NCBI GenBank assembly: GCA_035221665.1
Contig: CM069148.1
Span: 11,346,001-11,410,000 of the forward strand
Length of the DNA: 64,000 nt
From: Okamejei kenojei
Taxonomy: Eukaryota
Direction: 5' to 3'
Shown here piece by piece: positions 51,302 through 63,184 of this stretch. Each line of letters opens with the position of its first letter. Position 1 is the first letter of the stretch. A model generated the notes under the pieces. It was not told the DNA's origin. It worked only from the letters and a program-made list of their open reading frames with translations, and ran no database searches. Position numbers and translations under genes: made by a program.

Positions 51302-52429
51302 TGTTTTGAAGTGAAATTCATGCATTCAATTATTTGCAATAGCCCAGCATCCTTTGGGTTAAGATCACAGTGCTTCAGAGGTTAATAAACCTTTTAAAAA
51401 ATAAACTTATTCACTTAAAAACTTAGATGAAACGTTTTATTTTAATTGTATAACATGCTGCTATATTAATAGGTCTGAACAAAGCAGATTATTTAGTTGG
51501 TATGCTTTATTTGATAATACACCAAGAAACCAAAAGCAATTTACATTTGAATAGAGCTTGTAGAAGCAGTACTCCTCTGCTAAATATGTACCAGTAATTT
51601 CACACTGTGAAATGGACTAAAGCCAGCACAAAGCAGGGATGAAATGTGATTTTGAAGATAAATTATGCTTGCCCTTGCCCTTCATGCACTGTATATTTGA
51701 ACATTTTTTAAAGTTGCGTATTATTCCCCACCAGCTCCCAGGGAATGGACATATAATGGCTTTTAGTATCCTGATCTTTGACCTTGGAAGAATGCTTACC
51801 AATGTACTACCTGGTTTATTAAATCTTATTAACACAACAATGCCTTGTAAAGTGAATTTAAATTATTAATTCAAGTATGTGGAATACATTAACATGGTGT
51901 CTCATTCTGTTCCAGCCTGAAAAGGGGCCGGTTTGTTGCCACATTAAAGTTGGAAAGAAAGGCATCCAAATTCACTTACTTGTCTCATGATTATTTCTAG
52001 CCGAGCTTCTCAATATGTGGAAGATGGTATTTACCAGGGATTGTTTCCTTTCACCCGACTGATCACAGTTTTTTTTAATGGGTGGGGAGGGAGCAAAGTA
52101 GTTGAGGAAATTTGAAGATGTTGGGAGGGCTGTTCAACAATGTATGGAACAACAGCAGTGGAAATGATTCTATAGGATTAACAGTTTTTCATATAGGTCA
52201 TGTGGAATTGGAAGTTTTCATTATTTGTGTATAGCTCTAACATTAGCAATAACAATGCCCACTTACGATCTACTGACTGAGTATACAATTGAAGTAGCTT
52301 AAATCAAAAGTTTCCATAGAAAATACGAAACAATCTCTCTAAAAGTTACCCAAAATTCTTAGAAGTGCTTCAGTCAGGAAAATATGGTATTTCTCTTTAA
52401 AATTAATCAGAACAAAGAATCAATCGTAG

Positions 52430-52730
52430 ATCATGAAAAGCACAAGAGAGGATGCAGAAGAGATTCCCAAAGATATTGTGAGAGTTCTAGAATTTTAGTG
52501 CAGGAGAGACTGATTTGTTATTTGTTTCAATTGAGGTACATAAAATAAAAGGCTTCAACAGAGAAAATAGTGAGGATCTGTGTATTTACTGAGATTGAAA
52601 GTTTGGGTGCATGGTAGATGGACCAGGGAGGAAAAAGCACCCAAAGAATGATAAGGGTCAGGGACCTACTGCCTGAAAGGGTGGTAGAGCTTGAAACCTT
52701 CAATATGTTTAAAAAGATGGAATTTATAAC
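52430..52730 (+). mobile_element. Old CR1 fragment
   Basis: gatgcagaagagattc..ctactgcctgaaagggtggtagag..tttaaaaag. Confidence 0.55.
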
Positions 52731-52811
52731 TAAATTAGTGAACAAATCAGATCTGAATAGTCATACATTTTTTTAGAATTTTCACATGTTGGGCCTGGTA
52801 ATGGCATATCT

Positions 52812-52935
52812 TTTGTGGGAAGGAACTGCAGATGCTGGTTTAATCTGAAGAAAGACACAAAATGCTGGAGTAACTCAGCGGGACAGGCAGCATCTCTGGA
52901 GAGAAGGAATGGGTGACACTTTGGGTTGAGACCCT
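52812..52935 (-). mobile_element. PLE pLTR-derived short element about 75 bp from the exon 4 donor
   Basis: aaggaactgcagatgctgg..gacacaaaatgctggagtaactcagcgggacaggcagcatctctgg. Confidence 0.85.
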
Positions 52936-53009
52936 TATCCTGTTGACTCAATTAACATACCTTTTGATTTCTTTCATTTGCTCATTTTTTAAAGAAATCA
53001 AAACTGTAC

Positions 53010-53159
53010 CTGTACTACTGGCAAGTTTTGGTATCGCCATGCTATTGACATGGAATCTTGGAGTGCGGCAGCAGAAGTGATATCCGCCAAATTGTCCTCT
53101 GTCTCTTTGTTAGATTCTTTAATCTCTATCACATCATCAAGCAGAGGGGCGGGAAGCTC
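53010..53159 (-). CDS. ELP4: ELP4 coding exon (equivalent to exon 4), 150 bp, phase 0/0
   Basis: Acceptor tttttcggatttaatag|, donor |gtacag. Translates ELPAPLLDDVIEIKESNKETEDNLADITSAAALQDSMSIAWRYQNLPVVQ (ELPAPLLDD and IAWRYQ motifs). Confidence 0.96.
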
Positions 53160-54261
53160 CTATTAAATCCGAAAAATGAAAAAAGATTTAAAAATTCACA
53201 ATATTTGTTGCAAAACACACATAAATCAAACATCTATATTAAATACATTGGAAAATTCTATACAATTTCAATATAATTTGAAAATTCTCCAGGGGAGGGG
53301 CAATCTTCCAAAATAAAGGTAATCTTTTTCGCAGCCTGAAATATGATAGAAGAACATAAATAAAGTTGAAAAAAATCTTAATAAAGTCGGTCACCAGTCA
53401 CAATTTAATCTCAGTACTGAAAGGTCTAGGAATGTAATGTGAATTAGAAACATTCAAAAATGAAGTAATTCAAGGGTTTAACATATTCACTCTTGCTTTA
53501 GTCCTCACTCTAATCTATAATATATAAAACTAGACAGTGAACTGCATTTCCGAAATTTGGAGAGAAAAACTTTGCATTCTACTACATTCTTCAATTTCAA
53601 AGAGACTTAAAAAAAAGTTTCCGTGCACTGAAATTCAGTAAAACAAAACAATGTCAACAGAAGCCATTGCCTTCAAAATAACACAATTTAACACCTGCAA
53701 CGTTTTCAGGCAGTGTTGTCTTCATTAACCTTGATTATCCAATGCCAATCAGTGATCCTTACAGATCATTTTGCTGGCAAAGATCATTAGGATAATTCCT
53801 ATTTAAACATTCACCTAACTCCCAGGGCTGTCTATTGTTTCAGCTTTTGCTACTGACATAATCAGTGGCACCTGTTGCTGTACCCTTGTACTGCACCAGA
53901 ACAAACCAACGCATACAGCAAACAAATCTCAAGAGCGAATTAACTATTTCTCACCAGTCAACTTCAATATAACAACAAGATGAATCCAGTATCCCTCTGA
54001 CAATGTAGCTCCCTGCATCCTAATGCTCCAATTAATTTCCAATGTAAATCAACTTCAATGTGCATACATATTCATCTACTCCAACATAATAGCTATTTGA
54101 CTATATTCTCTTAAAATTAATGGCACAGCCATGTTAGATGAAAAATTAAACCAAATGTGCTCACTCAAAATGTTAAAAAGAAAAGTAGTTTTTCATAACA
54201 AATATCGTTCTTTGGGTTTTTTTTTAATAACAAAGCTCACTGCAAAGTACTTTTACAAAGT

Positions 54262-54450
54262 AAAAAACAGAAAATGCTGGACAGACTCATCATGTCAGAG
54301 AACACAAATCAACATTTCAGGTTGCTAAACTTTTTATTTCCATTAACTCTACTTCCCTGTCAACATAAACTGCGTGAATTGCTGAACATTTCCAGAAAAT
54401 TGGGTTGTTTTATTTCACATTTTCAGCATTTGCAGTTTCCATTTCTTTTT
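54262..54450. mobile_element. Old PLE pLTR-derived fold-back remnant
   Basis: aaaacagaaaatgctgga..tgctgaacatttccag..ttcagcatttgcagt. Confidence 0.6.
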
Positions 54451-54662
54451 GTGGCTGAGATTTGAATATAACAAAATAAGAAAATTAGAACTGGATCAGT
54501 AAGAGGCCTTCTCTATCATTCACCAATTTCTGTGTTTTTTTCCTGCACTATCCCCATATGCTCAATGATAAGACTGTCATAGCCATCTAGCAAGGAGAAT
54601 TAAAACCATTTGGCTCTATTAGAATGAAGACATTTCTTCTCATTTCAGTGGACATCTCATTG

Positions 54663-54750
54663 GACACAAAGTGCTGGAGCAACACTGAATATAGACACAA
54701 AGAGCTGGAGCAACTCCGAAGATAGACACAAAGTGCTGGAGCTACTCAAG
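54663..54750. repeat. 31-bp tandem repeat, three copies, derived from the PLE pLTR
   Basis: gacacaaag(t/a)gctggagc units start at 54663, 54694 and 54725. Confidence 0.85.
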
Positions 54751-56401
54751 AATTATGTATGTTTCAGTAGACATGTTCTATTTTCTCAACACGACGGAAT
54801 ACACGCCCTAGTCTGCTCTAAATCTCTAAGTATGACAAGCCACCAACCCAGGAGCTAGACTGGTGAATCTTCACTGACAATCCACCATGCCAAATATATC
54901 CTCATTTAGCAAAGGAAATCAAACTGTACATTGCATCCAGCTGTTGTATTCTAAGTTACTATAAATGCCACAATGTTTCAAATTGCATTATTTAATAAAG
55001 TATCAGGAATAGAACAATGTTATAGTCAATAACTTACAAAAAGTCCTCCATCCCAACTGGGGCTTGGCACCATAAAAAGGTCATGTGAAGTTGGATTTAG
55101 GAAAATATTCAGGTCTTAGCTGAAATTTATTCTTGACAAAGTACACTGCTCAGTCTGGAATATAATTTACTGAATTTTATTTAATGACATTTATAAGATG
55201 AAACTGTTAATCTTAGCCTGGCTGATATATGGCTGTTGACTTAATTTTGCACTTACTTTCCTGTACAAATCTTTCACAACTAAATCTATTTATTAAATGG
55301 CCCAACTGAATTTCTTCATTAGCCTTCTTTGTTTTTACAGGAAAAATGCACCACTACTGATACATGACCCTTCTTACAAGTAAAATTCTCCAGAGCCTAA
55401 TAAAACTTAAAATACCCCACAATTAACGAGGCTTAACCTCACACCCTTCTAAGCTACCTTAATTGCTTGCGAATTAACTGAAATAAAGACATTGCATACC
55501 ACTCTACTCCATTTACAATAAAGGAGAAAAGATTATATTATGTCAAAGTTAAACTTCGATCACTGGCTTATGAGTGGGGGTAATTCATAATTCTTAAACA
55601 GCACTACTGAGAAAAGAACTTTGATCTTCACAGTCACACACAGCTTTTCAGCAATGTAATGAATGAAAGACCTTTGAAACACCAGTTGATCTGCATGATA
55701 ATCTTAGTATGGGATTAGCAGATAATTTATTAAAAATCAAACATGGAGTTGGATTTCTATAAAGTTAAACTCAACAAGTATATGCTTGAAAGTAATTCAT
55801 TGAAACATTGTGTTAGTGTGTAACCAACTCTATGAATTTTCCCTACCCCCAAAAGATATCCATCGAGAACAAAATAAAAATCCAATTCTGCTCTCAGCTT
55901 TTTTCATTATAAACACCAATAATTAAATTCTAGAATTATTACATTATTAGTTCAGAAATCAGAGTTCAAATTCCACCATGACTGTTGGGGAATTTAAATA
56001 TACTTTATGAGATATGTTTCTAAAAATATTGTCAGGGTAACTGAAATAATCGTAAAGTTGTTACAGTGAAGTAATACTCTTTTTCAAAAGATCGAGCACT
56101 TGTGGCACAGCACAGAGAAGTTATTGACTATAAAAAATCATTCTATTCCTGATACTTCGTTAAATAGAAGATTAAAACCAGATTGACCACTCAATATGAA
56201 TATCAGATTTGGACACAAGAGACACAATAAGCGCCCAGTCGGCACACAAGATACTTCAGATGCTGGAATCTGGTGCAAAAAACATACTTGCTGGCGGAAC
56301 TCGTTTGTTATCAAGCCAAATCAATCTTGTTTTGACATCTGGTCATTTGTGCCTAAATTTGGTGAGATAACCCACAAACCAGATACAAGAACTTACCAAT
56401 T

Positions 56402-56414
56402 CATGGGCCGCGAA

Positions 56415-56456
<42 letters not shown>

Positions 56457-56490
56457 CTGTGGCCCCCCCCACTTTTTTGGCTAGACATGT
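56402..56490 (+). mobile_element. hAT-like DNA transposon left terminus
   Basis: catgggccgcgaaacc-(G)39-ctgtggcccccccacttttt resembles the G-run/C-run subterminal hairpin of some hAT termini. No right end found. Confidence 0.55.
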
Positions 56491-56573
56491 TTCAATGCCT
56501 CCGGCTTTGGGAGGCGCTGCAGTGCTCTGAGAAACCTGGTCGTGGGTGTTGGAGAGCCGGGGCGGAGGGAGGG

Positions 56574-56815
56574 ATGGAAGCAGAACCAGCGGCGGGTGCA
56601 GATGCGGACGGGAAGCCGGGGCTGGCGAGTGTTTGCCGGGCTGGCGAGTTGCTCCCCGCAGCTCCAGCCATGGAGCAGCCTCAGTGCAAGAGTTGGAGGA
56701 GTCGGAAGCGTTGCACCGCTGCCGTGAGAGTCTCTGTGCCGAATTCGCCATGGTGAACGGCATGGACCAGGCTGCGGCTCAGTGCATCCAGGAGGACAAC
56801 CAGCGGCTGCTGGAA
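56574..56815 (+). pseudogene. TDP2: TDP2-like exon 1 copy (UBA-like N-terminus), frameshifted, with splice donor
   Basis: RESLCAEFAMVNGMDQAAAQCIQEDNQRLLE versus remembered human RRLLCVEFASVASCDAAVAQCFLAENDWEME, followed directly by GTAGGT (56816-56821). In-frame ATGs at 56574 and 56670 are one base out of frame with the domain. Confidence 0.75.
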
Positions 56816-56920
56816 GTAGGTGCCGAGCACAGGGTAGAAGCAGTGCAAGATAGTGGCCTTCAAATGGGGGTGGTTGGAGAAAGCATCCTGCTTGCCTGCT
56901 AGACTTTCACTTACTGTAAC

Positions 56921-57120
56921 TGCAGGAAAATTGTTCCCAATGTTGGGGGAGTCCAAAACCAGGGGTCACAGTTTAAGAATAAGGGGTTGGCCATTTAGGA
57001 CTGAGATGAGGACAAACTTTCTTCACCCAGAGAGTTGTGCATCTGTGTAATTATCTGCCACAGAAGGCAGTGGAGGCCAATTCACTGGATGTTTTCAAGA
57101 GAGAGTTACATTTAGCTCTC
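56921..57120 (+). mobile_element. CR1 fragment
   Basis: AGKLFPMLGESKTRGHSLRIRG. Confidence 0.9.
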
Positions 57121-57124
57121 ACCC

Positions 57125-57350
57125 GCCAAGTGTCCCAGCTACACTACCTGCTTTTGGTCCATATCCCTCCAAACCTGTCCTATCCATGTATCAGTCTGTT
57201 TCTTAAATGTTGGGATAGCCCCTGCCTCAACTACCTCCTCTGGCAGCTTGTTCCATACACCCACCACCCTTTGTGTGGAAAAAGTTACCCCTCATATTCC
57301 TATGAAATCTTTTCCCCTTCGCCTTAAATCTGTCCTCTGGTCCTCGATTT
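57125..57350 (-). mobile_element. CR1 (HER1-like) 3' fragment
   Basis: Closely similar to 33380-33610. Confidence 0.88.
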
Positions 57351-57409
57351 GTACTGTGTTAGCACAGTGTTAGACAATAAAAGCACCAATGAACCACCAT
57401 TGAACCATT

Positions 57410-57625
57410 GTGTAGAGTTTGTACATTTTCCCTGTGACCACATAGGTTTCCTCCAGGTGCTCTTGTTACCTCCCACAATCCAGACATGAGACAGATTACT
57501 TGGCCTCCGTAAATTGCCCCTTGTGTGAAGGACATAGAACTGGTGTGAACCAGTGATCTATGGTTGGCGTGGAATCGGTGGGCTGAAGGGCCTGTTATCA
57601 CGCTGCATCTCTGAAACTAAAACAC
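57410..57625 (+). mobile_element. HE1 V-SINE, 5'-truncated
   Basis: gagtttgtacattttccctgtgacc..gggctgaagggcctgtt..aaactaaaac. Confidence 0.85.
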
Positions 57626-57644
57626 TATAAAATATCAATGCTGT

Positions 57645-59620
57645 TAAGGGTCGGTATTAATTATGTATTTTTCCCTCATATTTGACCTCCCAAGGAGCAA
57701 CACCTCACTCTTGCTTGGATTAAATTCCACCTGCCATTTCTCCACCCATTTCTGTAGCTGATCTAATTCCCGCTGCATACTTCGACAGCCTTTTTTACAG
57801 TACGCGACCCCAGCAATCTTAGTGTCATCTGCAAACTTATTAACCGACCCGTCTACATTTACATCTAAGTAATTTATATATATTATAAACAGCAGAGGTC
57901 CCAGCACAGATCCCTGCGGAACTCCACCGGTCACAGATCTCCAGCCTGAATATTGTTTCTCAAACACAGCCTGTCTTCTGTCAGTAATCCGGTTATGAAT
58001 CTATACAATCGAGTCAGTGTTAATCCCGTGCATCTGAACCTTCTGATGGGGGATTTTATCAAATACAATCCATGTAAACAACATCCACTGTCCTATCTTT
58101 ATCACATTCACAAAAAAAACGATCAAATTAGTATGACATAAACTGCTATATACAAAGCAACACTGACTTTTCTTAATAATCCAATTCTTTTTCAAATGTG
58201 AGTAAATCCTATCCCAATAAATACTCTTCAATAGTTTCCCTACCTCTGACATGAAGCCCACTGGCATTTAATTCCCTGGATTGTTTCTACTTCCCATCTT
58301 AATCAAAGGAACAACATTAACTACTCTTCAGTCCTTCGGGACCTCGCCCGTGACTAGAGAAGACGCAAAGATCTTTGTCAAAACGCCACAATTTCCTCTC
58401 TTATCTCTCTCAATAACCTGGGATGGATTCCATCAAGTCATGGAGATTTATCTACCTTTATGCTCTTCAAGAGCCCCAACACCTCCTCCTCCTTAATCTC
58501 AAACTGCCCTTCCATTCTCAATAGAGATCTCATTGACATCCATATCTTTCTCCTTGGTGAAAACAGATACAAGTACTTGTTTATTACCCTGCCTACATTC
58601 CCTGATTCCAGCACAAATTCCCTCCTTTATCCTCTATGGTCCAACCTTCTCGCTCGTTACCCTTTTGTTTTTAGTGCAGGTATAAAAAGCCTTGTGATTT
58701 TCTTTAACCCGACTCGCCAGAGCTATTTTGTGGCCTCTTTTGGCCCTTCTAATCATTTGTTTCAGTTATTTCCTCCTTGCTTTATATTCCTTAAATACCC
58801 TATCTGATATCATCTTCCTAAACCTTGCATGAGCTTCCTTTCTGACCAAATTTATGATGTCTGTTCATCCAAGATTCCTTTACTTATCCCTCCTCCTTAC
58901 TGGAACATACTGGTCCTAACCCAATAACAATTGCTCCAAAAGTATCCTCTCAAGTTCCTGCCATAACATAATTTGCATTACTCCATTTTAGTACCTTTCC
59001 ACAAGGTCCCTATCAAAAACAATTTTAAAACATATGGAGTTGTGATCACTTAAACAGCAGTCACATGGCCAGACTCATTTCCCAACACAAGGCCCTGTAT
59101 GTTGCTTTCTCAAGTTGGACTGTTCACACACTGTTTAAACAAACCCTCCTGGATACATCTAACAAATTCCTCCCCATCTCAGTCTTTGGCACTGAGCAAG
59201 TTCCAGTTAATATTGGGTAAGTTAAAGTCAGCCACAAAGAAAACCCTGTTGCTTTGGCATCATTTGGTAATCTGTCTACGTATCTATTCCTCTCTCTCTC
59301 CCGATTTCTATTGGGCAGCCAATCGTACTATCCCATTAGAGTGCTTGCACCTTTTTTTATATTTAAACTCAACCTATATCACCTCAGCAGGTGAACCCTC
59401 CAATATGTCTTCTTCGAGTGCCGCCATGAGAGTCTCCCTGGTTAGTGGAGCAATAGCTCCACCTTTTTTTCCGTTCCTTCTCTCACATCTGAAACATTGA
59501 AACCCTGTCTAGTTGTGTCCCTCTTGCAATCACATTTCTGCAATGGCAACAACATCATAGTCCTAAGAACTGATCCAGGCTCTAAGTTCATCTGCCTTCT
59601 CCATAATACTCCTTGCACTC
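57645..59620 (-). mobile_element. CR1 LINE ORF2, about 2 kb, degenerate
   Basis: [18 protein letters not shown] and KFADDTKIAG; endonuclease remnants near 59200. Confidence 0.92.
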
Positions 59621-59859
59621 TCTTACATACTATTTGAGGTGCAATCTCATCTCTAGAATTGCAGTCAACCAGTAATCTGGCATTCCTAATTGCTTGCTGA
59701 ACCTATTTCAGTGACTTGCGTCCGAGCACCTGGATTGTTCAGAATATTTTCCAGTCTCTCAGCAGTTCAATAATATACCAACTTACTATTTTTAACCATC
59801 AAAATGGGTCACCTCACATTTCTGCACATTACACTACATTTACTATATCCTCACCCATT

Positions 59860-60275
59860 CATTTTGTCTGTTTAAATCATCTCTCTGCATTCCCCTCACA
59901 ACCCACACTGGCAAATAACTCTAAATTGGCTGTCCTAATTAAAATCTTTAAACATTGATTCTGAAAAGTTGGGTCTTCAGCACTGATCTCTGTGGCACCC
60001 CACTGATCACACTGCACAAACCAAATAAAGCCTCCTTTGTCTGTATTCTCTATTCTCTGTCGCTTAACTAATGCCAGCATATCACCCTTCCTCTCATCCC
60101 CAAACTCCCATGCTCTAGTTTTGGTTAAGAATCTTTTGTGCTCAAAAAGCGTTCAGAAAGGCATTCTTGGATGTCCAAATATACTGCATTCATTGCCCTC
60201 TTCATATTTATTTTGCTGGTCACAACCTCAAAAACGAACAGGTTTGTCAAACATGATTTCCCATTTCATGAATTG
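59860..60275 (-). mobile_element. Old CR1 fragment (appears to resume at about 61500-61620)
   Basis: gtggcaccccactgatcac..tttgtcaaacatgatttccc. Confidence 0.7.
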
Positions 60276-60299
60276 ATGGGGAAGTCTGCTCAATCCTAT

Positions 60300-61180
60300 T
60301 ATAAGCAGATGGGTTGGTACGTTTGCTGCTGACACCAACATTGGAGGAGATGCAGACAGTGAGGAATGTTGTCAGGAGATAAAGTGAGATATAGACCAGC
60401 TGCAGAAATGGGTGGAGAAATGGCAGATTGAGTTTAATACGATCACATGTAAGATGTTGCACTTTGGGAGGTTGAATGTAAGGAGAGAGTATACAGTTAA
60501 TGGCAAACCCTTAACAGCATTGACGTGCAGGGGGATCTTGGAGTCCAAGTTCATAGCTTCACTGAAAGAGGCAGCACGTGTTGATAGGGTGGTTAAGGCA
60601 GCATATGGTATGCTTGCCTTCATTGCTATGGGCATTTCATATAAAAGTCAGGATGACATAATGCATCTCTACAGGACTTTTGTTCGGCCTTTTAGAGTAT
60701 TGCATGCAGTTCTGGTTGTCCCATTACAGGAAAAATGTGGAAGCTTTGGAGAAGGATCAGAGGTTTATCAGTGCTGATTAGAGGGTTCCAGTTACAGGGC
60801 GAGGTTGAATAGATTTGAATTGTTTTTTTCTGGAACATCAGTGGTTAAGGGGAGTCTTGATAGAGGTATAAAGAATTACGAGAGGTATCAATAGAGTCAG
60901 AACCTTATTCCCCAAGGTGGAAATGTCCAACACTAGAGGGCATAGCTATAAAATGAGATGGGGAAAGTTTAATGGAGATGTGCAGGGGCAGGCTTTTTTT
61001 TACACAATGAGTGGTAGAGGCCTGGAATGCACTGCCAGGGGCGGTTGAAGCAGATACGATAGTGGTGTTTAAGAGGTTTATGATTGGCTGAAAGTGCAGG
61101 GAAATGGATCGTATTCAGTTTAACTTGACATCAAGTTTGTGGACTGTTGTAGGCCGAGGAGCCCATTCCTGTGATGTATT
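60300..61180 (+). mobile_element. CR1 LINE, 5'-truncated
   Basis: EKWQIEFN..CKMLHFGR and RVDRVVKAAYGMLAFI. Confidence 0.9.
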
Positions 61181-61186
61181 GTTTTA

Positions 61187-61491
61187 GTATTAGTTTTAGA
61201 TAGCGTAGAAACAGGCCCTTCAGCCCACGGAGTACATGCAGACCAACGATCACCTATACGTCAGTTAGGTTATCCCAGTTTCACATCCTACATACTAAGG
61301 GCAATTTACAGAAGTCAAATAACTTACAAACCTGCAAGTCTATGGAATGTGGGAAGAAATGGGAGCACCCGGAGAAAACCCACAAGGTCACAGAGAGAAC
61401 GTACAAACACTGTACAGACAGCATCCATAGTCAGGATTGAACTCAGGTCTCTGGCGCTGTGAGACAGCAGCTCTTTGCCACTGTCCCATCC
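61187..61491 (-). mobile_element. HE1 V-SINE
   Basis: Same structure as 17197-17503. Confidence 0.9.
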
Positions 61492-61697
61492 TTGTTCTAT
61501 AATCTATAATTATTATTTTCTAAGTGTCCTCTACCACTTAATGATTCTGGTATTTTCCTTGGTACTGATGTCAGGCTAACTGATGTGCAGTTCCCAGTTT
61601 TTATCCTTTCTCCTTATATTTGTGATCTTTCAATATGCAAGAATAATAATGTGGCCATTCTCCATCATGCTCTGTTGTACTGTCAGTAGGTTAAATG

Positions 61698-61913
61698 GAG
61701 GATAGACATAAAAAGCAGGAGTAACTCAGCAGGTCAGGCAGCATCTCTGGAGAAAATGAATAAGTGATGTTTTGGGTTGAGACTCTTCTTCAAGAAGGGT
61801 CTTGACCCAAAACATCACCTATTCCCCTTCTCCAGAAATGCTGTCTCACCCGCTGAGTTATTCCAGCTTTTTGTCCCTATCTTCGGTGTAAACCAGCATC
61901 TGCAGTTCCTTCC
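61698..61913. mobile_element. PLE pLTR-derived fold-back element
   Basis: Inverted arms centred near 61790 (ctcttcttc|aagaagggtcttgacccaaaacatcacc). Confidence 0.85.
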
Positions 61914-62039
61914 GATATTGAAAATGGAATGGGATGGCTTCAGAATGGATTTGTGTACTCAACTGATGATGTAGAACAGAACCAACAGCACAATGGAATT
62001 CCCAATTATTAATCTTGTGGACTGGTACTTCACCATAAG

Positions 62040-62450
62040 CAGGTGGATTGCATTAGTTATTTTTAATAGATCTTAATTAAGAATGGAAAGTCAGCACAGG
62101 CATTGTTACCAAATTTAAAAACTTGTGAAAAAAAGTCACAGTGTGAGATGCACGTGATAGCTAACACAGTATCTATATTTAAGAAGGGGCAGAATACACA
62201 TGCAGATAGAGAGATGGACTAGTCAACTTAGCGCTGGTGAGAAAAAATAAAAGAATCCCTTCCAAAAATAATTGAGTACGATATATGGTAGCATGGATTT
62301 TAAAAGTAAAATCTGGTCTGACGAGTCTTATTAGTTGCTTTGGAAAAAATATCAAGAGAGAATTGACGTGAGATTTTGCTGAGTACCTGATAAATAAGGC
62401 TTATGAATAAGGATGGAGAATGTGGAGCCAGCAAACAAGCAGTGATTGGA
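62040..62450 (+). mobile_element. Very old CR1 remnant
   Basis: gctaacacagtatctatatttaagaagggg..agcatggattt. Confidence 0.5.
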
Positions 62451-63184
62451 TTGGACCTAAACAACTGCAGATGCTAGTAAATTAAACCTAAAACAGAAAA
62501 TGCTGGATGCACGAGGTAAGTCAGTAGCATCTATGAAGAATGTTCTGAAGAAGATGAAGGGTCAGGACATGAAATATAGTTTTGTTTATTATTTCATGTG
62601 TACTGAAATACAGTGAAAAGCTTGTTCAGAATACTTTCAAATCACACTTTACACGAGTACAATAGATCCTCTTCTGGAACAGCATGCAGGAGTAGCCACG
62701 TTCCAGCGCCATCTTGCAAGTCTCAAGTCTCTGAAATATTCAATTGTCGCCTTAAGAGCTATGCAATTCTTATTTTCTTAGTTTAAATCCTGGCATCATG
62801 AGGACATTGCAACAATGAAATAGAGGTCAGCCTGACACAGCACTATTCCATCAGCTATTTCCATCGCTGTTCCATGCAGCTGTCGCAGGTAGCCCTCAAT
62901 TCGCCCGCTCATTTGGCTGCTGCAGGGCCTTCTGCGGCCTCCACCATCATCATGAAGCCGGACCACCGTAACTGCGGTTTCTTTCACTTTTAGCAGCCGC
63001 CACTCCGCTTCTGTTCACAAAGACCGTCTGTCGTGCCCCAGTTCTCGAGCTAATTGCAGAATTTTAGGGTCCTTTTCCAAGTTCCTGGGAGGCGACTTCG
63101 CTGACAGTCCGCTGCTGGCGATTTTCCCCTTCACCATCCACAGCCGCCACTTTGAAGATACCATCTTGGAGACATTGGAAATGT

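Noticed and set aside
54663-54750. CRISPR-like regularly spaced repeats
   Set aside because: Eukaryotic context, no unique spacers, and the unit derives from the PLE terminus.
56418-56456. G39 run as a functional G-quadruplex
   Set aside because: Probably an expanded or miscalled transposon subterminal G-run; no independent support.
56196-56756. 186-aa ORF with poly-glycine
   Set aside because: It crosses the insertion junction and depends on a 39-G homopolymer of unreliable length; only the part after 56574 may be TDP2-derived.
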